A DNA stretch of 43,645 nt from Saprolegnia diclina VS20 (lineage: Eukaryota). This document shows, in pieces, positions 11,454 to 24,500 of the stretch. The stretch lies in the NCBI RefSeq assembly GCF_000281045.1, contig NW_008246072.1:1162680-1206324 (forward strand), in the 5' to 3' direction. The stretch's first letter is position 1, and each line of letters begins with the position of its first letter. A program made the position numbers and the translations under genes. The notes beneath the pieces are model-generated. The model ran no database searches. It was not told the origin of the DNA and saw nothing but the letters and a program-made list of their open reading frames with translations.

Positions 11454-12453
11454 TTACTGACGCCACGCTGCCATCGCTTGCTTGGTCTCCTTGGAGGCGC
11501 CGACGTGTTCGTGGTAGTAGCCAAATTTGAGTCGGCAGCCATCGTGGCCGCAGTCGTAGCCCGTCGGCCCGTCGTCGTCGGTCTCGTCGTTCGCGTTGGT
11601 CGATGTGGTTGGCTGCTTGGGTTTGGCGGTCGTCAAAGCAACAAAGTCGGTGCGCAGAACGTTGCACTTTTCGAGCCATGGCAGCAGCGTGCGATCCCTA
11701 GTCAGTTGCGTGATCGTTGTTGAAGTCGGTTGCAACAAGATACCAGTCGTCTTCGTCAAAGATGGCGAGCGACCGGTGGGCAATGTACTCGCCGCTGCTG
11801 GAGAGCGCGACGAGCATCGGACCGGTGGCGATCCGAGGGCAGAGTCGGCGAAGTGCGTCGTCCGCGTTGGCCGAGATGCCAAAAAAGCACGTGCCAAGGA
11901 ACCGCTCGGCGCCCTGGAGAAGCGCCGCGGCCATGAGCGGCTGCGTCGCAGCGTCGGAACGGCCGACGACGATCGGTCGCAAGTGCTTTGCCGTGACCAG
12001 CGCCTGCGTGTCGCGTGCTAGCACGTTCTGCACGTATGCCTTGAACTCGACGTCACCCCAGACGATGCCGAGTCCTTGCTCGCGCAGAGCCGCCTTGGCG
12101 AGCAGCGCCGCACGGCGCTGGTGCTCCAAGCCACCGACGATGCTTTCGTCATCCATCAAGTATGCGTACTCGTCATCGTCGCTATCGAGATCGTCGTCAT
12201 CGATCGACGTCAAGGCGACGGCGGGCGCGGCCCGCGGGAGGGCATTGTCCAGTGACAGGTGGCGCTGCTCGAGTCGCTGCATGGTCACGTCCTCGCGGCG
12301 GAGGACGGTCATGACGCGCGCGACGTGGGCCTGCTCCTGCTTGTCCTTGAGGCAGCACGCCGAGAGCGTCGGGTCGTCGCCCTCGATGTCGTAGCCTTCA
12401 ACGTGGCCAGGCTTGTGGTGCTGGTGGTCGCCATCGTCACAGCACGAGCTCAT
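11454..12453 (-). CDS. Hypothetical protein, possibly phosducin/thioredoxin-like; one intron (~11698-11744)
   Basis: Acidic tract DDDDLDSDDDE followed by LEHQRRAALL...GLG, then an alpha/beta region (AERFLGTCFF), PWLEKCNVL and C-terminal CGHDGC...HEH; strong coding-type codon bias. Confidence 0.5.
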
Positions 12454-12673
12454 GATGCCCAAAGTGTTAGAATATCCGGTTTGCTTGCATAGCATCGAAC
12501 GCGTTCGCGAACCAGACGAAGCCGTTCGGTTGCATGATGTTATAACAGCAACATCCGGCGTGTTACGATCCAGGCCGATCGCAATGGATGGCCTTTTTTT
12601 GGCGGCGCCTGAACCGACGAGAGCGCCGCCCACAGCACTGGCGACCTCCAGCGTGTCTTCTTGCGAGGACCAA

Positions 12674-12737
12674 GCTCGCATCCTGTCCTGCTGCCCTCGG
12701 CCTGCTCGCATCCTGTCCTGCTGCCCTTGGCCTGCTC
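12674..12737. repeat. 30-bp tandem repeat, about 2 copies
   Basis: GCTCGCATCCTGTCCTGCTGCCCT(C/T)GGCCT at 12674 and 12704. Confidence 0.9.
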
Positions 12738-13147
12738 ACGATGACCTCGCACGTCGCTCGGTATCATGCAGCCAGCAGCTCCAGTCGCTCCGGTAGCTTC
12801 TGCAACCGACAGCTCCCGTGGCGCATAGCTCCAGCACGAGTAGCATCGAGCTTGGTAGCTACGGCGAACGAACGTGGCGCGTGCGGATGCTAGGCCGAAC
12901 GATAGAGCTCTCTGCATCCGCTTCGCTATCAGCGCCGTCGTTCTGGTTCAAGCAGCTCGCTGTGGCAGCTGTGTAGTGCAGCGACATGGAGCTCAGTAGT
13001 ATCCTCTCGGAGCCAGGGTGGCGTCAGCAGCGTCCCACTGGCCGCTGACCTCCAAGATCTCGGGATCGGGCTTTATTTAATTTTGTTGCATTAAAATGGG
13101 GTAATCGGCGCGGTAACGCCGGGTAAAATTAGAGTCGAATTTGCGCC

Positions 13148-16100
13148 ATGAGCCTCAACAACCGCGTGGCCGCGTACCTCCCGGCCATCGTGCGCAGGTA
13201 CCTCGAGACGCGCGACGAGAGGCTGCCCGTCCCGGCGACGCACTCGCTCAAGGTCGTGTCCATGTTCGCCGACGTTGCTGGCTTCACGGCCATGACCGAG
13301 TCGCTCGCCGTGCGGGGCGGCCCCGTCGGCGCCGAGTCGCTGAGCAAGCACCTCAACGCGTACTTTCAGCAGCTCGTGCGCTTCATCACTGGCGCAGGTA
13401 CATGCAACATGCCACGCATGGCATCGCTCAGATGGTGCACCTGTAGGCGGCGACGTCTTCAAGTTTGCCGGCGATGCGCTCATTGTGCTATGGCCTGAAA
13501 ACAAGGAAGACACGATCGAGAGCCTCGTGCGGCGCTGCATCCAGTGCGCGCTCGGCATCCAGGAGAAGCTGCATCAAGCCAAGCTCGCGCCCGACGTCGA
13601 GCTCAGTATCAAGATTGGCATTGGCGTCGGCCGCGCCACTGTCGTGCACCTCGGCGGCGAGTCGGACGGCGCAACGCCGCGCATGGAGTACGTCGGCGTC
13701 GGCCCCGCGCTCGTGCAAGCCTTCACCGCCGAGCACCACGCGCTCGCTGGCGACGTCATCGTGTCGCCTGAGTGCTGGGCCATGGTCGCCCCCAATTTTA
13801 CGGGCCGCGACCTGCCCGACGGCTTTTGCAAGGTGCTCAAGGTCGAACATCCCGTCAAAGTGTGCAGCCGGCGCACGTCCATCGCGCGCGACGATCTCCA
13901 GCTGCAGCTGCACATGCGCCAGTACGTCTCCCGCGCCGTCTGGCCCTACATAGTCGCCGACGAAGAGACGTGGGCGTCCGAGCTGCGCGAGGTGACGGTG
14001 CTCTTTATCAACCTCGGCTTCCAGTACGCTCGCTTCCAGTGGATGGTCATATTCTGTATCGCTCAACTCGCGTGTAGGGAAGCCGACTTGTCGCAGATGC
14101 ACGACACGGCGAGCGTGCACGCGCTGCACACTGCGTTCGCGGCCGTCCAGCGCTGCATCTTTAGCTACGAAGGCACAGTCAACAAGTTTCTCGTCGACGA
14201 CAAGGGCAGGTACGCTCGCCATTGCTTTCAATGATCTCAATCTCAACGTCAAAATTAACATTCAAATGACTAGCACCGTCATTGCCGTCTTTGGCCTCCC
14301 GCCCGTGAGCCACGAGAACGACGCTGTGCGGGGCATTCTCGCTGCCTTGGCGATCCGCGCGGCCTTGGCGCCCCTCGGCCTCAAAGGTATTTTGAGTTGG
14401 TACTTGATACTAAATCTTGATACTATTTGCGTCGCTAGCCTCGGTCGGGATTACGTCGGGCACGGCGTTTTGCGGGCTCGCCGGCCACCACGGGAGTCGG
14501 CGTGAGTACACGGTGCTTGGCGACATTGTGAATCTAGCGGCGCGCCTCATGCAAAAGGTCAAGCTCGAGCACGGCGACTCGAGCGTCATCACGGACGACA
14601 AGACGCGGGCGTGCGCCGAAGACGTCTTGCACTTCGAGAAGGCGCCCGAGATCTTTGTCAAGGGCAAGCACGACCGGATACCGATCCACCGCCCGTACAT
14701 GCGCATGTCGCTCATGTCCCACATCGTGGCGGCGCGGCGGCCCGTGCACGCCTCCGCGGCCGTCACGCCGCTCCACGTGATGCAAGACATGTACAAGTGC
14801 CAGCTCCAGCACGCGCAGCGGCGGCTAAGCCGGCTCGCAGACGACATTCGGCCGTCGATCCCCGAGAGTCCGTCCGCGACCGCGATCCAAGCGCAGCTCC
14901 TCGCCAAGATTGGCCAGCTCAGCACGATAGCAGTCGCCGGCGCGCTTTTGCTCGAGGGCGACATTGGCCTCGGCAAGTCGCGACTCGTGCGGTCGACGCT
15001 CGCGCTGCTCCCGCCCGAAGCCAACGTCGTCGTTGTCTTTGCGTCCGCGTCGCCGTTTCTGGCCGAGAAGCCGTACGCGATCTTCGCCGACATCCTCGCC
15101 AAGTGCCTCCCGCCCGAGACGGACCTGCAGACCTTTGTGGCCAATGTTGTCGCTGAGGGCATGGCGCCGAACCGGACGCTTCTGCGGCATCTGCACGAGC
15201 TCAACGCAGTGCTGGACGTGGCGTTTCCCGTGCCGGTCGAGAGCAGCAGCAACAACAACAGCGACGACGACGAGAACGACAACAATGGCGATGCGGCTAA
15301 GAGTAGACAAGTGGACTTGCCGAGCTTCTTCTCCAAGCTCTTTACGAGCGATGTCTCGACGCCCGAGAGCCCGACTATGACCTTGTACGAAGACGAAGAC
15401 GAAGAGAGCGCGTGGGAGCCGGTGGCGCTCGACATGGCCGGCTTCCTCCTCCTCACGGCGCTGCATGCGATCTCGCGACGACAGGGCCTCGTGCTCTGCT
15501 TGGACAATGCCATGTACATGGATGAACGGTCGTGGATCCTGTCGATCGCGCTGGCCAAGTACTTTACCAACTGCGTGGTCGTCGCGATCTCTCGGCCACC
15601 AAGCCTCGCGGTGACGCAGCGCACGGCCAGCGGCGCCTTTCGTCAGCAGCTCCGGTACGACCTTGGCTTCAATGCAATGGGAAATGACATCGTCGCATCT
15701 GTATTAGGGCGCTCAAAGCTCTGCCGTCAACGACAACGTGCGTCCTCGAGCGCATGTCGCCGGCGCAGACTGAGGCGCTGGCCAAGCACATCTTGTCGAT
15801 TCAGACGCTCGATCCGGAGCTCGCGACGCTGCTCGTCGGACGTGCGCAGGGCAACCCGCTGTTTTTGCACGAGATCCTCAAGGAGATGCAAGCGCACAAG
15901 TCGCTGCAGATCCAGGCCAACGACGCGTCGTGCTCGCCGATCGCGCAGGTGGCGTGGGGTGAGAAGAAGGACGCGGACCGGTGCTTCGAGTGCCACGACG
16001 CCCTCGGCGCCCACAAGGACAAGTTCCGCTGCAAGCACTGCGGCTTTGTGTTTTGCGCGCGGTGTACACCGAAGGCATGCTACAAGTACGTCGACTCGCT

Positions 16101-17252
16101 CCTTCTTCTTGACAAACTCACACCTCTATGCGTAGGAAGCTGCAAGGAAGCAACACCGACCAGCACGTGCGCCACTGCCGGAGCTGCTACGCGCTCACGC
16201 GCACGCGCCGGCCTAGCATGGAGCGCAGCGTCAGTGCGTCCAACGTCGGTGGCAGCACCGACAAGAAGCCGCGCAAGCTCATGCTCTCCAAAGTATTTTC
16301 GTCGTCGTCGGCCAAGGAGAATGCAACGACGCTGCCGCTCAAGTACCGGCTGGCGCTCACGCCACCGCGTACCATCAAGGCTGTGTTGACGACCCTTCTG
16401 GACCAGCTCACGGTGCCGCAGTGCCTCCTCCTCAAGGTACGAAGGCGACTCGCTTCTCATGCATTGCTCATGGGATGCGGCTATTAGACGGCAAGCATTA
16501 TCGGCCAAGACTTTGACTTGCGGACGCTGCGTGCGATCTACCCGATCAAGGACGACGGCTTTGTGCGCGACGTCGACGAGCTCGAGCGGCTTGCGATGTT
16601 GCGGCCCGTTGACGTCTTCATCGGCGGCCTCTCGCCGTCGTCCAACCGGTCGCAGACCGCCAAGTACGAATTCTGCCACGGCTTCATGGCCGACGTGCTC
16701 CGGAGTCTGCTCCTGAGTCCGCAGCTCGACAAGCTTCACCTCAAGCTCGTCGAGTACCGCGAAGCGCAGCACAAGCTCGTGCGGCACCAGTACTTTGAGA
16801 AGGTCCAGGCGCACTCGCGGTCGCAGTCCGAGGCCACCGTCGTCCTCGACGGTCGCGGCAGCAACATGCGGCTGCACGCTGGCCTCGTCCAAGTCAAGAA
16901 GACGTCGAGTCGGCTCCGCGCACTGCACCTTGGCGCAACCGAGTGGAAGAAGCGCATGGCGCTGCTGCACACGAACCGCCTCCTCCTCCAGAGCGAGCCG
17001 AATCTGAGCGGCCGGTACACGACCATCGAGCTCGCGGGCGCCCGCGTTTCGGAAGGCGACGGCGGCAAGTACGCAAGCTTCCACATCGACGTGCGCGAGT
17101 GGTCGCGCAACTCGACGAGCCCGTCGAGTGCCACCGAGGTGCAGCCGCCGAGGACGTTCACCTTTGGCGTTGCGTCTGAGGCCGAGATGAAGCACTGGGT
17201 GTACATGCTCCGCTTTGCGATTGAGTCGCTCGAAGACGACGTCGCCGCCTAA
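13148..17252 (+). CDS. Soluble-type (ADCY10-like) class III adenylyl cyclase with tandem catalytic domains, STAND P-loop NTPase, FYVE-like finger and C-terminal PH domain, multi-exon
   Basis: C1: MFADVAGFTAMTE, GGDVFKFAGDAL. C2: ELREVTVLF, VNKFLVDDKG, FGLPP, EYTVLGDIVNLAARLM. Walker A EGDIGLGKSR; Walker B LCLDNA; GNPLF. Zn finger CFEC..CKHCGFVFCARC..CRSC. PH-like WKKRMALL...FTFGVASEAEMKHWV. Confidence 0.88.
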
Positions 17253-17902
17253 GTACACAGATAGACAATGTAGGAGTTATAGCATTTAGGAGTTGTAGCA
17301 ATAGAGAGTTTACGGTAAAATGGACGCGAGGCCTGCCACCCGGTCGAACGAGCGCGGTGCGCCACGTGAGTACACGCAGGGCGAGAGTTGGCCTGCCGCT
17401 CGCCAGCGACGTCGGCCACACCAGGTTGACGTTGTGGGTTGGCGACGTACTTCGGAAGCTGCATGTAGCGACGCTGTGAGAGCACATGCGGAAACACCTG
17501 GTCATTACAGCTCGGTTGGATGATGCGCGAGCTGCGATGATGCGTCCTGTGACTGTTGCGTTGGAGCCACCTCTGGCCAGCCATGCGCGCATCAGGTTTC
17601 TCTGCGAGCTACATGACTTGGCGAATGCCTCCATGTCGTGGTGCGACTAGGCTAGCGCTATGTTGATCATGGACTCCACCAAGTGTGCGTTGCTCGTCAC
17701 GCGTTACGGGGATGCCCACCATGCTGCGCCATGGCAGGTGCTCGCCAGGACCAAGGCGCATGAGCGCCGTCGAGATATGGGTTGGGTTCTCGTTACACTT
17801 AAAAGCCGGCACGCGTGCCTTCGCAGCATGGCGCTCTACTTAGAGCGTTGGCTGGTGGGCGCACGGACTGGTAGGAGGTAGTTGTCAACTGAGAGGTCGC
17901 GC

Positions 17903-18190
17903 TTACTCAATGTTGGCTTCGCGGGCCTTGCGGAGGCGGGCCAGCGTCGAGCGGACCGTCGCGGCCGACGGCGTGTTGAGGAGGTAGGCGCCGCCGGCGA
18001 CGACCTTGTGGCACGACTTGCACTTCCAGATGCCCGTGCAGGCGCGCTTGACGTTGTCCTTGCCGCAGAAGACGCAGTTGTACTTGGCGTGCTGCGAGAC
18101 TTCGATCTTCTTGACGACCTTGCGGAGCGACGAACCGTAGCGCACGCCGTACTTACCGCAGATGCCAACCTTCTTCGTACGCTTGCCCAT
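17903..18190 (-). CDS. RPL37A: 60S ribosomal protein L37a (eL43)
   Basis: [24 protein letters not shown]...CVFCGK...GIWKCKSC...AGGAY. Confidence 0.98.
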   Translation of the reverse strand: MGKRTKKVGICGKYGVRYGSSLRKVVKKIEVSQHAKYNCVFCGKDNVKRACTGIWKCKSCHKVVAGGAYLLNTPSAATVRSTLARLRKAREANIE

Positions 18191-20525
18191 GTTGTTCTTT
18201 TCCTTCTAAGTGTTTGGAAGTGAAATCCGCTCGCTCAACTTTACGCGCAAGCGATTGGCCTCAAAATCCCGGCCTCCGCGTCCAGTGCTTGACGCCACCC
18301 AAAGTTTATATGAGACTTTGTATACGGTCCCAACGGCGGGCCGGTACTTCCGGATACGGACTCTATTATCCGGATCCGCTCGACCAATGGCCTTGTTCCG
18401 GTGCTGGCGACACGATGCTGTCGATGCGCGCAAGGCCAAGCGATGCGAGCAGGTACAACGATGCAGGTAGCAACGATGCAAGCAGGTAGAAGCCCACGCG
18501 AGCAGGTAGCGGACGAGTTGGGCAGAAGAGCGCGCGTGAGACGCGAGCGGCGAGAAGGCGCTTGGCGACGGCAGCTGCATGCATCGACGTGGATGTGATA
18601 GCGTAGTGAGTACACGGTGGTGCGAGCAGGTAGCAGCCGGCGAGGTAGCGTGCGAACGTAGGACGAGGCTACGCATTGAGAATGGGCGCAGCGCTGGCGT
18701 CTCGGTCATGCCGCAGTGCGAGCAGTGTGATGTCATGAAGATCTGATTGGGCGTGTGCGATCTGGGCTCGAAGCTTGCTATGGGGTGGAGTCCAGGCGCC
18801 AACGCGAGTTGCGCCATGACAGCAAACGCTGCGCATAGCACGACATTAAACGAGCCGCACGCGTCGCCCGGGTCCGAGCATTCGACGCTTGATTGATGCG
18901 CCGAGGAGGGTAGGAAGAGGAGGGTATCTCATATGCTTGGTTCCAAAGCGATCTGATCGACCAAGAGCTTCTGCCACGTCTTTCGGCAAAGTGCAACGAC
19001 CGCCTTGGACTCTGTTGTGCTCGTGCGCTCTCGAATCAAACACAGTTGAAGACGATCAACGCACCGATGACGTCCACGTGGGCGTGGCGTTCAGGATGGA
19101 GGCGGCTTGGCCCGGTAGGCGAGAAGGCGCCAAATCGTTGCTCCTCCGCTGGTCGCCTCGAGAAAGTCGCTGTATGAAGCCGACACAGTCAACGACTCAG
19201 GAACGCTTCAGAGTCACAGTGGTGAAAGCTGCGTTGCGGTTGACCTCGCTCGCTCCCTGTGACAACGAGCCCTGGAGGCACGAGGATGCAAAAAGGCCTA
19301 GCTGACGATCAAGCTGAGGTATCATCAAGCGTTTGTGGAGCACCGCCGCGACGAGACACAGCGCCAGCCAAGCCAGCAAGAAGAAGGACCCCGAAGCACG
19401 TCAGCCACGTGGTCGTCCGTTGTGGGAGACATATATTTTGGATTTTTGGCGCCGACTACAGCCGATGGTGCACTGGATATCGTAGCAGCGCCAGTTCCAA
19501 CCTCGTTACGATTTGTTGCGCGCTCTGGTGTTGTCGTCGGCCTGTGCAGCGCAACCAGTGATCGCTTTTGCGCCAACGAACGACGGCGAAACCTCACCGC
19601 GCCTCGAAGAAACCTCAAGCAGCAGCCACGTGCGCCACGACGACAGCGTTCGGAGATATAAGATGCTTCTAGAACCACATCTGCGGGCAACGATTCGCGT
19701 CAACGTTAGCACCCCAAATAGCATCAGCGCGTCCTTGCTGCATACCGGCGGCCATGTGGTCTGCAGCACGTTGCTTTCGACGCGCCGCAAAAGCAGCAGC
19801 CGCCGACGCGCAGCTACACCGCGCGAGCGGCACGAGCGTCGTTAACGCGAGTGCCAGCAGCGCTGCTCACGCACGCGCGTTGCCGGAACCTTCGACCGCG
19901 TTGGGTGCGTCGATGGAGCCAGTACAGTGTCTTGCCCTATTACAGTGTCTTGTTGGCATACATTTTGCACTTGGTGCTTCCCCTGGGTGCGTGACCTTGC
20001 CGCGCGTTGCCGCGCCGCGTGCGTGCCACGTGTCCCAGGCACACTCATCGCTTCGTCTGCAGATGCTACGCGCCAAAGCGCTTGACGTAAGGTCGATCGA
20101 TCGAACATGGCGCCAGCTCCAACCTGAGCTCCATCGTCCCATCTTCCTGTCTACTTGTAGTACACCTTCACATGCGCCTGACGTGCGCGTGGCAGGTTGC
20201 ATGGCAACGCGCAGGCGCCTCCTCGGTTGTGGCGGCCAGCTGCCTGCGTATTGTAGGCGCGGTCGTGCAGGCGCGGGCCGAGGGAGTCCAATACACTGCA
20301 TGTTGCTACATACTGCTTCCTGCGGCCGCTGTATGCCAGAGAGTGCCTGTGCATTCAGAACCCAAGCCGATATCTGCGAAGTTTGCTCGCAGATCCAGCC
20401 GCGCGCCATCTGCTGGGCGTGGTATCGCACGTTGTTCGAGGTGCCATGGGGATCGTCTCCGGCTCTTGGTTCGAAAAAACTGCATTTTCACAGGATTGCA
20501 TTCGCCAACTTGCCTCACCATTACG

Positions 20526-21512
20526 ATGTCGTCGTCGTCGTCGCCGGCCTGCGGGCTCTGCATGCAGACCTTTACGCTCTTCCAGCGGACGCGGTACACG
20601 TGTCCGTGCTGCCTCGACGTCGTCTGCCGCAACTGCTCGCGCGCCCTCGTCGGCGTCAAGGACGTGCCCCGCGCCGAGCGCCGAACGTGCCTCCGTTGCG
20701 CCAACCCGAGCCTCCTCAAGGCGCCTGCGCCCGAGCAGCCTCACGACGTCGTGGCCTTTCTTAGTTCGGGGGGCCTGCAACTGCGCGCGCCGACGCCGCG
20801 CGGCCCGACCATCGACACGGACACGCTCGACTTTGACTGGGTGCATCCGTACCCCAAGGCGCCGCAGCCCGCGGACGAGTCGGCCCGCATCGCGGTCGTC
20901 GAGACGCTCCGCGTGCCCGAGCACTTGGCCGCGCTGCAGCAAGACACGACGTTCGTGATCCTCCTCGAGAAGGCGATGGCGGCCACGGACGCCACCATGG
21001 CCGCCATCTACCTCGTCGACGGCACCCATGCGATCCCGATCGCGTCGTCCGGCATGGTCATGCAGCGCGTGCCTCGTCTCGAAGCCTTAGCGTCGTACGT
21101 CGTCGTCTCGGGCGACGCTCTCGTTGTGGCCGACTCAGCGCTCGACCTACGCTTCCGTGCGCACCCCGTGGCCACCGAGCTGCACGCGCGCGGCGTCCTG
21201 AGCATCCCGATGCTTTTGGGCCGCCACATCATTGGCACGATGGAGCTCTTCGGGCGCGACGTGCTTCCGACGCCCGTGCCCGCCAAGCTCCAGTCCGAGC
21301 TCACGGCGCTGGCCGCGCTCGCGAGCGGCTTTGTGCAAAACACGTGCAAGACGACGCGGCTCTCGGACAGCGAAAACAGCCTCCGGCCGCGGCGCAAGAC
21401 GGCGCCGGCCAAGATCGAGACGGACGGGTCGCTCGTCGAGACGATGGAAGCCCTCTTGACGCAGTCCATGCGCACGTCCAACTACGTCCACGATATCATT
21501 GCGTCCCGATAG
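20526..21512 (+). CDS. FYVE-like zinc finger + GAF domain protein, intronless
   Basis: CGLC..FTLF..CPCCLDVVCRNCS..CLRC; linker LDFDWVHPYPKAP..DESARI; GAF features LVVADSALDLRFRAHP..LSIPM..IIGTM. Confidence 0.82.
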   Translation: MSSSSSPACGLCMQTFTLFQRTRYTCPCCLDVVCRNCSRALVGVKDVPRAERRTCLRCANPSLLKAPAPEQPHDVVAFLSSGGLQLRAPTPRGPTIDTDTLDFDWVHPYPKAPQPADESARIAVVETLRVPEHLAALQQDTTFVILLEKAMAATDATMAAIYLVDGTHAIPIASSGMVMQRVPRLEALASYVVVSGDALVVADSALDLRFRAHPVATELHARGVLSIPMLLGRHIIGTMELFGRDVLPTPVPAKLQSELTALAALASGFVQNTCKTTRLSDSENSLRPRRKTAPAKIETDGSLVETMEALLTQSMRTSNYVHDIIASR

Positions 21513-24500
21513 ACACGCTACAATTTATTTAACATCCCTATTTTATTCCGACATCTTCCTGCGAGTTGGAGGCAGAGCCAAGGACTTCTAGTGCAGTAGC
21601 GAGCAGCGAGCTTGTCCACGATGCCGAGCTACTGTGCAGACGCTGAACGCGTCAAGCATACTCTTATCTGCCAGTTTAAAAAATAAAGTTCGGGTTCGAA
21701 ATGGTGACGCCCACGCGTCGGTGGGCAGCAACCATGAGCGTCTCGATCAGCCAGAGATGGCAGACGACTCACGAGCACCTTCTTCGAACCGCGAACGCGA
21801 TATGCGCTGGCGCATCACCAGGCCTATCAGTCGACCTACACCACCATCGACAACAGAACTTTGAATGAGCGCAGACGACAAGCCATCGGTCGAAACCTTG
21901 CTCTTTCTGCCTCATCCAGTGGACTTGGATTGCCGAAAGCTTTGCCTGAAGGATCATCGCGCCGCTAGTTCACCGTGTCTTAGCGCAGGCTTAGGGTCGT
22001 TTGGTGGGAAATCTGCGTGTGTTTTAATACTCGCACTTGTAGATTGTATTGGACGAGAAATTCACAGCGTGGTAAAGAGCGTGAAAAACACAGGGCCAAA
22101 CAGCCGTTCTACCCATATGACGTGGCAACGCTGAAAGTGGTGGCCGAAGATAGCTAGCCCGGAACGAAAAGTGGCAGGGCAGTCGCCAGCAACCGCTGTG
22201 ACAGTGAATTCACAATCATCTCTCCCGGAGTTATTGACCTTTCAACCTCCTGCTACGTATCTCTGGACGCTAGCACCTCGGGATTTCACTTCCTAGCACT
22301 CTCCTCGCTTATTGCATATCGCCGCGCCCAAGGACTAAAACGATCCTAATTTGCACCTCCAATTTTAGCGAGAAGGACGAGTGGACGAGTTATTTCATTC
22401 GACGCAAAGATGGGCTTGCAGCTGCCTGCGTTTGCAATTGGCAGCAGTGTACATACACTGTATGAAGGAAATGCAGTGCATTGCCAGAAACGTCACATGA
22501 CAAAGAGCAGCTGCCCGTGCGTGCTAGTACCTATCGAAAGACCCTGGTGCAAGGCTGGCCCTGTAGACTAGATGACATGTGTGCGCTACGTAGCCGCGTT
22601 AGCACAAACGCATGCTCGGCAGCGACGGCACCCAGCGCCAAAGACACGTTGTCAGATGACAAATACAGTGTATGGAGACTTCAGAAATTGGATGGAAACG
22701 ACCGATGAAGTCACCATCCCGCAACACAGCACCAGCTCTGAGCACCGAGACACTCAGTTGAGATGCTCGCGTCGCATCCTTGAAACAAACGTTGGAGTGA
22801 CTGAATACGCTCCTTTGCACGCGGCTGCACACCCGTGCCTCCTAGCGACACGTCCACCCTGCTTACTCCCCCCTTCTGCACTGCCAACAACGTGCTAGCC
22901 ATGACTATTTGCCTCCTTTTACTCGAATATATTGAACGCCTTTGACACGTTGCCGAGTCTCTGGCGCGTGCGGCTAAACAACGAGTAGTGCCACGTATAT
23001 ATTGGACTCATGCAACAACCTGCTGCCAGTAGGCGTGCGGTAATAGCCCGAGTCTTCGCACCAGTGTGTGGTCAATGGCCTGCGTCAGGTGCACAGTACA
23101 GTGCTTGGCGGCTTCATGTTCCGCTGTTCAAACAAAACAGCGGCTCGGCTGCAGGTACAGTGTACCTTGTTGCCTTTTGCCAGTGTATAATACACTGTTT
23201 CCAAAATACACTGTGTTCTCGTAAAACAGAGTGTCATGCCGAAACTCTGTCTCGAATTGTGAAGCCAGCTCAGGCCACAAGCAGTGTGAACAACTCGAAA
23301 TAAACCCTAGCATCTCATTGAATCATAGTATCGGGCTATCGGACCCTTCTAGAACACATCGGGACACTTGGATCTTCAACTGTCCCTCCTCGCCCCTCGT
23401 CGAACATTCAAAGAAATGTACTAGCTAGTGGTGAGCGCAAACCAGAAGAGGAACCACCAGTGAGAGCTATTATATATGAACGATATATGAACGTGTTTCG
23501 CGTTATCTTCATAATTACACAAAGACTTCGCATACGTAGAGACTAGCAATCTCCTTCTTCTTCATTCGCTCGCCGGGCCGTGGCTGCGCAGTGAGAGCTG
23601 TTGGCCAAGCAATGTGCATGGTAATCGCGAGAGCGGGCTCCGCGATGCTCTTTGCGAGGATCGATGGTGTCCCTTCAGTCGTATCAAATCTCGTGTTGTA
23701 CCCCAACACAAACCGTGCCCGTGGTGGGCTCTCGACTTCAGGTGCTTCGTAAGCAAGTGATGGTGCACCATAGGCGCATGCAGCCAACACGACCATGCGT
23801 TCCTTCGACTCTCAACGAGCCGTTTGAGGCCAAAAGAAAAGGAAGGCAGCAAAACAGAGGTGTAAAGACGAGTAGTGAGGCACCATTGAAGCGCTCGTTG
23901 GCGCGAAAAGTTGTCGGTCGGAGACTCATCCGCTTTTGCGCACCGGACCTGCCCCAGCTAGTCCTTTGCTGCAGGTTTTATGACGGCTTGCGCATCCTCG
24001 GGTTGCCAAGGTACACTGGGTGTATCAGGATTCTAGGAGTCACATCCACGACCGCAGCTTGGTGCACAAACATGCCATTGACGTAGGTGAGCCATGCGCT
24101 GCAATCTCCGCCCGTTGACAGTGACAGCCGTGTTGTCCCACACAAGACAATTAGAGTCTTTTACCCTAGTCTTGGAAATGGCGCGGCAACATAGCCACGC
24201 TTTCACCCAACGCGGGTTGACCCGGTACCCATCGCGCGCAATCGCCCGACAGCCCTGTCACGCAGCATTAACTGGCTGCCAGTCTAGCCGCCTCGATTGG
24301 CAGCGCAAATACCTTCTTTCGGCCAGTCCTCGTAACTTTACATACACTTTTTCTACCGGTATCCTGGCATGACGTTGCCTTTGGATATTTATGCCCGCGA
24401 CGAATCCCAGGGTGTATGATGCGAGCTGGGGACTTGGCGGCGGTCGGGCGCACGCGTGTCGTGGATGTATCCAGTGCAATGCGCACGTCCGTTGTCGACG

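Noticed and set aside
12674..12737. 30-bp repeat as a possible CRISPR array
   Set aside because: Two directly adjacent copies with no spacers, no cas genes, eukaryotic context.
18600..20500. Numerous short ORFs between RPL37A and the first FYVE-GAF gene, including the long N-terminal extension from 20172
   Set aside because: No recognisable motifs or coding-type codon bias; an Inr-like element lies just before the ATG at 20526.
23472..23493. Short tandem duplications (ATATATGAACG x2; also ATTGCGTCTT x2 at 33151-33170)
   Set aside because: Consistent with simple slippage; no element lies between the copies.
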